DNA of 26,018 nt, from positions 12,888-38,905 of the forward strand of contig CAZRQM010000001.1 of the NCBI GenBank assembly GCA_964602385.1, read 5' to 3'. Origin of the DNA: an uncultured Thermotogae bacterium (GTDB lineage Bacteria; Bipolaricaulota; Bipolaricaulia; UBA7950; UBA9294). How positions within the stretch are numbered: the stretch's first letter is position 1; each line of letters opens with the position of its first letter. The notes below the pieces were generated by a model, which saw nothing but the letters and a program-made list of their open reading frames with translations, made no database searches and was not told the origin of the DNA. Below are positions 1 through 6,987 of the stretch, piece by piece. The translations under genes were made by a program, and so were the position numbers.

Positions 1-75
1 TGTTTCTCTTGCTGTTGCTCTTGCTGCCTCTCTTGGTGCTGTTTTTCTTGGTGTTGCTCTTCTTGTTTCTCTTGT
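1..75 (-). repeat. Imperfect short tandem repeat (CAAGAG/CAAGAA units every 9-15 nt) encoding a Q/E-rich PNPase tail
   Basis: On the plus strand, ctcttg/ttcttg recurs 6 times. In the pnp frame it reads PQEKQEEQHQEKQHQERQQEQQQEK. Confidence 0.85.
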
Positions 76-2525
76 GGTTTTCCCCGTTTCTTGCGTCCCT
101 CTTGCTCTTCTTCTGAAACTATGCGCCGGAGCTTGTAGCGGCCGCGTTCGTCTATATCGAGAACCTCCACCTTTACCTTGTCACCGGACTTAACGACGTC
201 CGATACCCGCCGTACGTATTCGTCGGAGAGTGCGGAGATGTGGATGAGGCCGGTTACATCCGCGGTGAGCTCGACAAATGCGCCATAGTCGGTCGTGTTG
301 GCGATTGTCCCGTCGATGATATCCCCGACCTTGATCGTCGGATCGACTTTCTTCGGTGCGTGATGTCCGCCGTTGCCCCGGGAGCGCCCTCCTCCGCGAT
401 TGTGCGAGGAGGCATCATCCCAGTTCGCGCCCTCGATGACGCGGCGCAGGTCCGGTCGGCCCATCTTATCCTCGCCGATGACCTCGATCGTTATCTCGTC
501 ACCCGGCTTGACGATGTCCCGCACGTTGTCCACGAACCCGGGAGCGAGATTGGAGACATGCACCAGCCCTTCACTTCCGTTCTTTAGGTCGACGAACGCT
601 CCGAAGTCGACGACGCGCGTGACCTTTGTCGTCATCGTGGTGCCAACCTCGATCTCTGCGGTGAGGTCCTCGACCCAGCGCTTGGCGGCCTGCACGGACT
701 CCATGTCCACGCTGGCAAACTTCACTGTGCCGTCGTCCTCGATGTCGATCTGGGCCCCGGTCTCCTCGATGATCTTGCGGATCATCTTTCCGCCCGGCCC
801 GATAACAAGCCCGATCTTCTCCCGCGGGATGATGATCGTCTCCAATCGAGGTGCGTACATCGACAGGTGATCGCGTGGTGTTGGGAGTGCCTGCTCCATC
901 TTGGCCAGGATCTCCAAGCGCGCCTGCTTGGCCTGCTCGAGCGCCTTGCGTAGCGTCTCGCGTCCAATCCCGCCGACCTTCACATCCAGCTGGAACCCGG
1001 TGATCCCATCGCGCGTGCCGATTACCTTGAAGTCCATGTCGCCGTAGTGATCCTCGTCGCCGAGGATATCGGTGAGGATGACTCGCTTATGTCTGGATTC
1101 ATCCTCGACCATTCCCATGGCGATTCCGGCGACTGCCTTCTTCGTCGGGACGCCGGCGTCCATCATGGATAGCGATCCGCTGCACACCGTTGCCATTGAG
1201 GAAGAGCCATTCGATTCGAGGATCTCCGACACGATCCTGATCACGTACGGGAATTCCGCCTCATCTGGGAGGACGGCGCTCAGGCCGCCCTCGGCAAGGT
1301 AGCCGTGGCCGATGGAACGACGGCTCGGAGACCCCATGCGCTTCACTTCACCGACGGAGTAGGGGGGAAAGTTGTAGTGGAGCATGAACCGCTTCGTACC
1401 TTCCTTCATCATCTGGTCAATGATCTGCTCGTCACCGCGCGTCGCACCAAGGGTGACGATTCCCAGGCTTTGGGTCTCACCGCGGGTGAATATGGCCGAA
1501 CCGTGCGCGCGTGGGAGTACACCGACTTCGCACGTGATCTTCCGAATCTCATCCGGCCGACGACCATCGATGCGCACGCCGCGTTCGAGGATTTGACTGC
1601 GCATGTAGTCTCGATAGAGTTCGTCGACTACGGAGGCGACCTTCTTCCGCAGCGTGGCTGCATCCCCCGCTGTGATGTCATCCGTTGCCGTGACCTCTAT
1701 GGCGTGGTCGCGCAGGGACTTGATGAAGTCGGCCCGTTCCTTCTTGTTCCCCAGGGAGACCAGGGTAGGAAACTCAGAGTTGATGAGCGCTGCTACCCGA
1801 TCGCGCAGAGAAGTGTCCTTCTCGGGGGAAGGAGGGATCTCCTTCTTCACCGGGTGTACCCGTTCCACGAACCTCTCCTGCAGCTCGACGAGTTGCTGGA
1901 TTGCCTCGTGCGCCATGCCGATCGCGCTCACGACCTCTTCTTCGGAGATCTCGTTCATCAGCCCCTCGACCATGGTCACCGTCTGCTTCGTTCCGGCAAC
2001 GGTGATCTCCATGCTCCCCTCTTCCCGCGCCTCGGCCCCAGGGTTGACCACGAACTGTCCGTCTTTGTATCCGACTTGCACGCCGGCGATCGGTCCATTG
2101 AACGGGGCCTCAGAGATCATCAGCGCCGCCGATGCTCCCAGGATGCTCAGCATGCTTGGCGAGCAATCCGCTTCCGCCGACAGAACGGTGGCGACAATCT
2201 GCACCTCGTCACTGTAACCGTCGGGGAAGAGCGGCCGAATCGGCCGGTCTATCATGCGTGCGCTGAGGACGGCGACGTCACTTGGACGCCCCTCGCGTTT
2301 GAAGAAGCCACCGGGGATCTTCCCGCTGGCGTAGAACCGTTCCTCATAGTCAACACGAAGAGGAAAATAGTCGGTATCTTCTGTACTCTCTTGTACACAT
2401 ACCGTTACCAGGACACGTGTGTCTCCATAACTCGCCAGTACTGCGCCACTCGCCTGTTTTGCCAGTCTCCCGGTTTCCAGGGAGAATTGTTTACCGTTAA
2501 ACTCTATACTTTCCTTGATTAGCAT
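1..2525 (-). CDS. pnp: Polyribonucleotide nucleotidyltransferase (PNPase), 3'-partial, with two S1 domains and a low-complexity tail
   Basis: Not in the ORF track because it has no stop in the window. I translated the N-terminus and the region 1-1080 by hand; the middle is assumed open because the track lists no ORF from this ATG. ATG at 2525 gives MLIKESIEFNGKQFSLETGRLAKQASGAV...YEERFYASGKIPGGFFKREGRPSD. Also present: SEILESNGSSSMA, DILGDEDHYGDMDFKV (catalytic Asp pair), KH (IGLVIGPGGKMIRKIIEETG) and two S1 repeats. Directly downstream of rpsO, the canonical arrangement. Confidence 0.98.
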   Translation of the reverse strand, partial: MLIKESIEFNGKQFSLETGRLAKQASGAVLASYGDTRVLVTVCVQESTEDTDYFPLRVDYEERFYASGKIPGGFFKREGRPSDVAVLSARMIDRPIRPLFPDGYSDEVQIVATVLSAEADCSPSMLSILGASAALMISEAPFNGPIAGVQVGYKDGQFVVNPGAEAREEGSMEITVAGTKQTVTMVEGLMNEISEEEVVSAIGMAHEAIQQLVELQERFVERVHPVKKEIPPSPEKDTSLRDRVAALINSEFPTLVSLGNKKERADFIKSLRDHAIEVTATDDITAGDAATLRKKVASVVDELYRDYMRSQILERGVRIDGRRPDEIRKITCEVGVLPRAHGSAIFTRGETQSLGIVTLGATRGDEQIIDQMMKEGTKRFMLHYNFPPYSVGEVKRMGSPSRRSIGHGYLAEGGLSAVLPDEAEFPYVIRIVSEILESNGSSSMATVCSGSLSMMDAGVPTKKAVAGIAMGMVEDESRHKRVILTDILGDEDHYGDMDFKVIGTRDGITGFQLDVKVGGIGRETLRKALEQAKQARLEILAKMEQALPTPRDHLSMYAPRLETIIIPREKIGLVIGPGGKMIRKIIEETGAQIDIEDDGTVKFASVDMESVQAAKRWVEDLTAEIEVGTTMTTKVTRVVDFGAFVDLKNGSEGLVHVSNLAPGFVDNVRDIVKPGDEITIEVIGEDKMGRPDLRRVIEGANWDDASSHNRGGGRSRGNGGHHAPKKVDPTIKVGDIIDGTIANTTDYGAFVELTADVTGLIHISALSDEYVRRVSDVVKSGDKVKVEVLDIDERGRYKLRRIVSEEEQEGRKKRGKPQEKQEEQHQEKQHQERQQEQQQEK

Positions 2526-2532
2526 CTCGCTA

Positions 2533-2805
2533 TTAGACTCCTCTGATTCCTAGACTCTGAATCAATTCCTTGTATGCTGCGAGGTCATGTTTTTTCACGT
2601 ACTTCATCAGCCGGCGCCGTTGGCCGACCATCTTTCGCAGGCCCCGCTGAGAGCTAAAATCCTTACGGTGGACGTTTAAGTGCTCGGTAAGCTCTCTGAT
2701 CTTCTCGGTGAGCAGCGCGATTTGCACCGCCGCTGACCCTGTGTCTGCCTCGCTTTGTCCGTACTTTTTTGCGATTTCCTCTTTCTTTTCCCGCGTTAGA
2801 CTCAT
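2533..2805 (-). CDS. rpsO: 30S ribosomal protein S15 (90 aa)
   Basis: [16 protein letters not shown]...[46 protein letters not shown]. The ATG at 2805 has an AGGAGG SD (2811-2816) 5 nt upstream, so it is preferred over the ORF-track start at 2907. Confidence 0.98.
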   Translation of the reverse strand: MSLTREKKEEIAKKYGQSEADTGSAAVQIALLTEKIRELTEHLNVHRKDFSSQRGLRKMVGQRRRLMKYVKKHDLAAYKELIQSLGIRGV

Positions 2806-2910
2806 CTTGTCCTCCTTCTCTCCCGCTTCCGAGGGTGGGATTGCCCCGTCCCCCAGGAGGGGATCGATAGTCTTGTCGTCGGTCTTGAGCACCATGCTCT
2901 CGACCACAGG
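2806..2910 (-). promoter_or_regulatory. Structured rpsO 5' leader, candidate S15 autoregulatory element
   Basis: Hairpin GGUC-GA-GAGCA-UGG-UGCUC-AA-GACC (2881-2905). Hairpin UCCCC-UCCUG-GGGGA (2849-2863) carrying an anti-SD CCUCCU. A third stem (2821-2840) lies just upstream of the SD. Confidence 0.4.
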
Positions 2911-4197
2911 TCAGTTCGCCGATAGCCTCCCGACCCTCCGTCCTATTTCGTACTTCACCCTCTCCTCATCTATGGTGAGGAGCTTCCTATCCCGTAGCAG
3001 GTACTCCCCTGCAACGATTACATCAGTGACATCGCTTCCGTGCCCCGCATAGACGAGCGCGGAGAAGGGGTCGTAAGCGGGTATGGTGTCGACTCCGGAG
3101 AGATCGACAAGGACAATATCCGCGTCCTCGCCAACAGCGATCCTGCGTGCCCCCATGCCGAGAGCCTCTGCTCCGTTACGCGTAGCCATGATAGTGGCCT
3201 CCTGCGCTGGTAGGACCGTCGGGTCCTCCAAGTGTTCCTTCTGCAGCAAGGACGCCATCCTCATTTCCTCGATCATATCCTGGCTGTTGTTTGATGCTGC
3301 TCCGTCCGTGCCCAACGCGACGTTTACCCCCGCATTGAGTAATGATACGACAGGAGCGTGGCCGTTTCCCAGCTTGGCGTTGCTCTTCGGACAGTGTACC
3401 ACGGTTACCGCGCGTCGCGCGAGGATCTCCATCTCCTGCGCGGTGACGTGGACACAGTGTGCGGCGATGGTAGGTACGGAGAAGACGCCAAGCTTGTCCA
3501 GTGCTGCCACCGGTGTGTCTCCCCATTTCTCCTTTGCCCATGCCACTTCCGCCCGTGTTTCGGAGAGATGGATGTGCAGTGGAACATGCTTCCGCTGCGC
3601 CAGATCAACTGCCGCGGTCCATACGTCCATTCCGCATGTGTAGATAGCGTGCGGGCTCACCGCTGTTCTGATCCGTCCGCCGGACGCGCCATGCCATCGC
3701 TCGATGGCCGCGCGTGCCTTTCCAAGTTCATCCTTCCCATGTTCGTCGAGTTTGCCTGCCACGATTCCGTAGGAAAGAGTGGCACGCATGTGGGCTTCGC
3801 TTACGGCGCGGGCGATGGAGTCGGTATGAAAGTACATGTCGGCGACTTGTGTCGTTCCACCCTTGATCATCTCCGCCAGGCTGAGAAGCGATCCCCAGTA
3901 CACATCATCGGGGGTAAGTCTCTTTTCCGCCGGCCAGATATGCTTGTGTAACCACGTATCAAGGGACACGTCATCAGCCAGGCTGCGGAAGAGGCTCATT
4001 GGAAGGTGCGTATGTGCGTTTACCATCCCCGGCAGCGCGAACCTTCCCTGTCCGTCGACAACCGTATCACCGGCTGACAAGGGGAGCGGTTGTTCATCGA
4101 CTGCGGAGATTACGCCGTTTTCGATGCGCAGGTTGACGGCTTTCGCTGTTGCGGGGTCGCCGACAGCGGCAATGACATTCTTGATGACGATACCCAT
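2911..4197 (-). CDS. Amidohydrolase, 5-methylthioadenosine/S-adenosylhomocysteine deaminase (MtaD/TrzA-AtzA) family
   Basis: Metal-binding and family motifs: PGMVNAHTHLPM, WLHKHIWPAE, GGTTQVADMYF, SPHAIYT, HIHLSET, AHCVH, HCPKSNAKLGNG, ALGTDGAASNN. Start is ATG 4197 or in-frame ATG 4218. The exact substrate cannot be determined from motifs. Confidence 0.9.
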   Translation of the reverse strand: MGIVIKNVIAAVGDPATAKAVNLRIENGVISAVDEQPLPLSAGDTVVDGQGRFALPGMVNAHTHLPMSLFRSLADDVSLDTWLHKHIWPAEKRLTPDDVYWGSLLSLAEMIKGGTTQVADMYFHTDSIARAVSEAHMRATLSYGIVAGKLDEHGKDELGKARAAIERWHGASGGRIRTAVSPHAIYTCGMDVWTAAVDLAQRKHVPLHIHLSETRAEVAWAKEKWGDTPVAALDKLGVFSVPTIAAHCVHVTAQEMEILARRAVTVVHCPKSNAKLGNGHAPVVSLLNAGVNVALGTDGAASNNSQDMIEEMRMASLLQKEHLEDPTVLPAQEATIMATRNGAEALGMGARRIAVGEDADIVLVDLSGVDTIPAYDPFSALVYAGHGSDVTDVIVAGEYLLRDRKLLTIDEERVKYEIGRRVGRLSAN

Positions 4198-4227
4198 TGA
4201 CAATTCTTCTTTTCCCATCTGATAGAA

Positions 4228-4256
4228 ATTATAGCCTTTATGAGGATCCACCGCAA
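4228..4256 (-). promoter_or_regulatory. Sigma70-type promoter for the amidohydrolase (possibly continuing into rpsO-pnp)
   Basis: Minus strand TTGCGG (4251-4256), 17 nt spacer, TATAAT (4228-4233). Confidence 0.7.
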
Positions 4257-4458
4257 TGCCTATTCCTTGGCACGGGGCGGGCGCCCGGTAGCACTGAACC
4301 AGTAACGAACGCGTTCCAGCACAGTCTCTCAGGCAGCAAACCAATCCGGAAAATGCCTTCCATTCTGCATTTCCAGAGACATGGCATCAAGCCTCGAACC
4401 AGGATGTCTCGAGAACCCAATCTCAGACAGCACTTCGCGGTTCTAGAATCAGTTCCTT

Positions 4459-4487
4459 CCTCTTGATCTCTATCGAGCCTCAAGAAG
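4459..4487 (-). other. Stable RNA hairpin about 35 nt after the trkH stop (possible 3' stabiliser or U-poor terminator)
   Basis: CUUCUUGA-GG-CUC-GAUA-GAG-A-UCAAGAGG. No U-tract follows. Confidence 0.35.
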
Positions 4488-4521
4488 CTCCTTGACCAAA
4501 CTCGCCGCAGGGTGAGCAATG

Positions 4522-5997
4522 CTAATCGAGGCCTCGGAAGATAGCCCTGAACATCACGAGCACCGGAAGCACCTCGAGTCTTCCCATCCACATGTTGAGA
4601 ATAAGGATCAGCTTAGCAACAGCAGACATCCCGGCATTGGTGATGCCGACAGAGAGCCCTACGGTGCTTTGAGCGGAAACTACCTCGAATAATGAGTCGG
4701 CAAGTGTGTATCCATTGGGAACGAAGTGCATCAGGATCAATGTGCCCCCCAACGTACACACCAACCAGGCGAAGAATATGACAGCCGCTCCCTGGACACG
4801 CGAATCCGCTTCCTCTGTAGTAAGTCTCTCGTTTCCCAGCTGAAACCTTAGCACCTTCTTCGGTGAGCTGATTGTCTTATTGAGCCACCAGCTCACGCCG
4901 CGGATGAGCACGACGGCTCGCATGACTTTGATTCCGCCAGCGGTGGAACCAGTAGTCCCGCCGACAAACATCGCCAAGATGAGAATCAGCTTGGATGCCT
5001 CGGACCACGACCGAAGTGACTCGGTCTGGAAGCCGGTCGTACTCACCGCGGACATTGCTTGAAACGCGGAGGATGCTAGCGACTGCGATGATCCGGCGAA
5101 CAAGTTCTGGATGAGCAGAACCAGAGTGATTGTGGCTGCGAACAACGCAAACCATCGAGCTTGATAGAAATTGCCACGCAAGTTGAGCTTCTTCCCCTGC
5201 AGCAGCTCGTAGTGCGTCGCGAAACTCATCGCGCCAAGGAGCATGAGCAGGATGATAACCAGCCGAACGCCCCAGCCGGTGTAGTGCCCCATACTCGCTG
5301 ATGTCGTTGAGAACCCTCCAGTCGAAAGCGCCGTCATGGAGTAGTTGATCGCATCCCACGTGCTCATACCAACCCCCCAAAGGAGCACGATGCCCACAAA
5401 CGTATACAGGATGTAGATCCACCACATTGTGCGGACCGTCGCCGCGATTGTTGGCTGAATCTTGGTGTCGCGCTCGGCGAAGAAAAGACCTCTTCCCGGC
5501 CTGATGGGCCTGGGCATGAGTCCCAGAACCAGAACGATGACTCCGATGCCGCCAATCCATTGCAGAAGCGAGCGCCACCATTGGAGCGTATGCGGAAGCA
5601 TCTCCGGATGCGCTACAACGGAAAGGCCCGTCGTTGTGAACCCCGACATCGCCTCGAACAGCGCATTCCCATAATCAAGAAACACATTCGCTGCACCTGG
5701 ATCGGGAGACCGGGCAGCAATGAAGAACGGGACAGCTCCCAAGAGAGCCACGAGGAGCCAACCGACCGCCGCGATAACTAGTCCGTGCTTTAGATTGGCC
5801 TCAGCATCGCCATGGAACGGGAGGTACAACACTGCTGCAAGAGCGAAGGAGAGCCCACCCGCGACTGCAAATGGGAAGAGCATCGCTTGCTCCCTCCATG
5901 CAATGGCGACAAACAACGTCGCCACCGACATAAGCCCCACAAGGGCACAGATCAAGCCCAAGTCTCTACTAATGATGCGGATGTCAGCAGAGCGCAT
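4522..5997 (-). CDS. trkH: Trk-type K+ uptake membrane subunit (491 aa)
   Basis: Four pore loops with the filter Gly: EAMSGFTTTGLS, MTALSTGGFS, MSAVSTTGFQ, VSAQSTVGLS. Intramembrane loop GGTTGSTAGGIK and gate motif GRLE present. Start ATG 5997 lies 4 nt after the trkA stop. Confidence 0.95.
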   Translation of the reverse strand: MRSADIRIISRDLGLICALVGLMSVATLFVAIAWREQAMLFPFAVAGGLSFALAAVLYLPFHGDAEANLKHGLVIAAVGWLLVALLGAVPFFIAARSPDPGAANVFLDYGNALFEAMSGFTTTGLSVVAHPEMLPHTLQWWRSLLQWIGGIGVIVLVLGLMPRPIRPGRGLFFAERDTKIQPTIAATVRTMWWIYILYTFVGIVLLWGVGMSTWDAINYSMTALSTGGFSTTSASMGHYTGWGVRLVIILLMLLGAMSFATHYELLQGKKLNLRGNFYQARWFALFAATITLVLLIQNLFAGSSQSLASSAFQAMSAVSTTGFQTESLRSWSEASKLILILAMFVGGTTGSTAGGIKVMRAVVLIRGVSWWLNKTISSPKKVLRFQLGNERLTTEEADSRVQGAAVIFFAWLVCTLGGTLILMHFVPNGYTLADSLFEVVSAQSTVGLSVGITNAGMSAVAKLILILNMWMGRLEVLPVLVMFRAIFRGLD

Positions 5998-6001
5998 GTT
6001 T

Positions 6002-6667
6002 CTATTGGAGCATCGCAGAAAGTTCGGCGTTCGTCGCCCTTTGCCTCGCAAGGAACACGGTGACAAGGTCGCCCGGGGCTAACGTGTCAATTGAGGTCGG
6101 TGGGTAATGCCGTTCGTTACGCATTACGTCGATGACCCAATGATCTTCCTCGACAAGGCCGATACTTGACGGGGAGGTTCCGCAGAGCGAAGACCCCTCA
6201 TTCACAATGATCTGTGCAATGCGGGAACCGTCATTTAGCACGATATCGTACACAACTGATGTCGAGAGGAACAGACCGCATAGACGCTCGGCCACAATCC
6301 GCGCGGGTACGATGACGCTCTCTGCACCTAGGCGTTGGAAAATCTCTCGGTGCTCCTCATCCGCTGCAATCGAACCGACGCGAGAAACTCCAAGATCCAG
6401 GGAGTAGGTAATGGTCCGCATATTCTGCTCATCGTCATCCGAGGTTGCCAAGACGAGGGAAGCACCTGCTACCCCTCCGTCTCGCAGCTCCTCCAGTGAA
6501 GTCTCCCGAAGACGGATCACTTGGATCCCCTTCAATTGAGCGAGATGCTCAGCCTTCTTAGGATCAGACTCGAAAGCCGTAATCTTATGCCCACGTGCCG
6601 ACGCTTCGCGAATAAGCGCTTCCCCGACAGATCCGGTCCCAACGATGGAGATTCTCTTGGACGCCAT
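6002..6667 (-). CDS. trkA: TrkA/KtrA-family RCK gating subunit, single RCK_N+RCK_C (221 aa)
   Basis: Rossmann motif ISIVGTGSVG; LVLATSDDDEQN; FQRLGAESVIVP; C-terminal RCK_C-like segment (...TLAPGDLVTVF). SD GAGGAGGG upstream of ATG 6667. Adjacent to trkH. Confidence 0.88.
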   Translation of the reverse strand: MASKRISIVGTGSVGEALIREASARGHKITAFESDPKKAEHLAQLKGIQVIRLRETSLEELRDGGVAGASLVLATSDDDEQNMRTITYSLDLGVSRVGSIAADEEHREIFQRLGAESVIVPARIVAERLCGLFLSTSVVYDIVLNDGSRIAQIIVNEGSSLCGTSPSSIGLVEEDHWVIDVMRNERHYPPTSIDTLAPGDLVTVFLARQRATNAELSAMLQ

Positions 6668-6741
6668 TGTTACCCTCCTCTGTGCCGGTGCTCGCGGAAG
6701 AGGACTCCGCTCCGCGCCCGGCACGAACCTGAGTTTCTTTC

Positions 6742-6806
6742 ATGGTAGGAGGGGGCGGATCAAGTTGCTGCATAGAATCGCCCCAGAGATATCAAGAAAC
6801 TGTAAG
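6742..6806 (-). promoter_or_regulatory. Candidate KdpE-dependent promoter of trkA-trkH (KdpE-box-like repeat plus -10)
   Basis: Minus strand CTTACA-GTTTC-TTGATA (6790-6806), then 42 nt, then a -10-like TACCAT (6742-6747). There is no good -35 at the matching position. Confidence 0.4.
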
Positions 6807-6987
6807 GATCGCAGTGTGACGCGGCGCCATGTATGCGGTGCCGGCTAGGGAAGAACCGCTGGACTGGAGACCGTCTTGATGCTGGATGTGGGCACCCGGC
6901 AAGCCAGTGAATCCGGGAAGCCGCAACGTCCCCGGGAGCGTCAACGGACTCTGTCGGGAGAAGTTCTGAGACACACCGTAGCCCCGA

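Noticed and set aside
1305-2522. 405-aa plus-strand ORF (also the 115-aa and 165-aa ORFs at 240-870)
   Set aside because: Antisense shadows of the pnp frame with no recognisable motifs; long antisense ORFs are expected opposite GC-rich, codon-biased genes.
2806-2907. 34-aa N-terminal extension on S15 from the ORF track
   Set aside because: ATG 2805 has a perfect SD and gives a standard-length S15; the extension covers the structured leader.
4198-4344. Long N-terminal extension of the amidohydrolase, and similar track extensions of trkH, trkA, kdpD, skp and murD
   Set aside because: Downstream starts have SDs, promoters or coupling to the previous stop, and match family N-termini.
4425-4470. 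Possible SAM-I riboswitch (AUCAAGAG octamer upstream of a SAM-related deaminase)
   Set aside because: I could not build P2/kink-turn, the GGCAACC...GGUGC P3 or a closing P1, and the strong promoter lies downstream of it. An Infernal search with the SAM-I model would settle it.
4877-5581. 234-aa alternative-frame ORF inside trkH
   Set aside because: Fully nested in a well-supported gene and has non-protein-like composition.
6797-6876. Cobalamin-riboswitch-like fragments on the plus strand (ACUGUAA, GGGAAG, GGAGACC)
   Set aside because: The B12-box core is missing and no plus-strand gene lies downstream; likely chance matches.
6668-6987. c-di-AMP (ydaO) riboswitch expected ahead of K+ transport genes
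   Set aside because: The characteristic motifs (GCUGAAUCC...GGAGGAACCGC...CCCGUCAGCUAAC) are not present on the minus strand.
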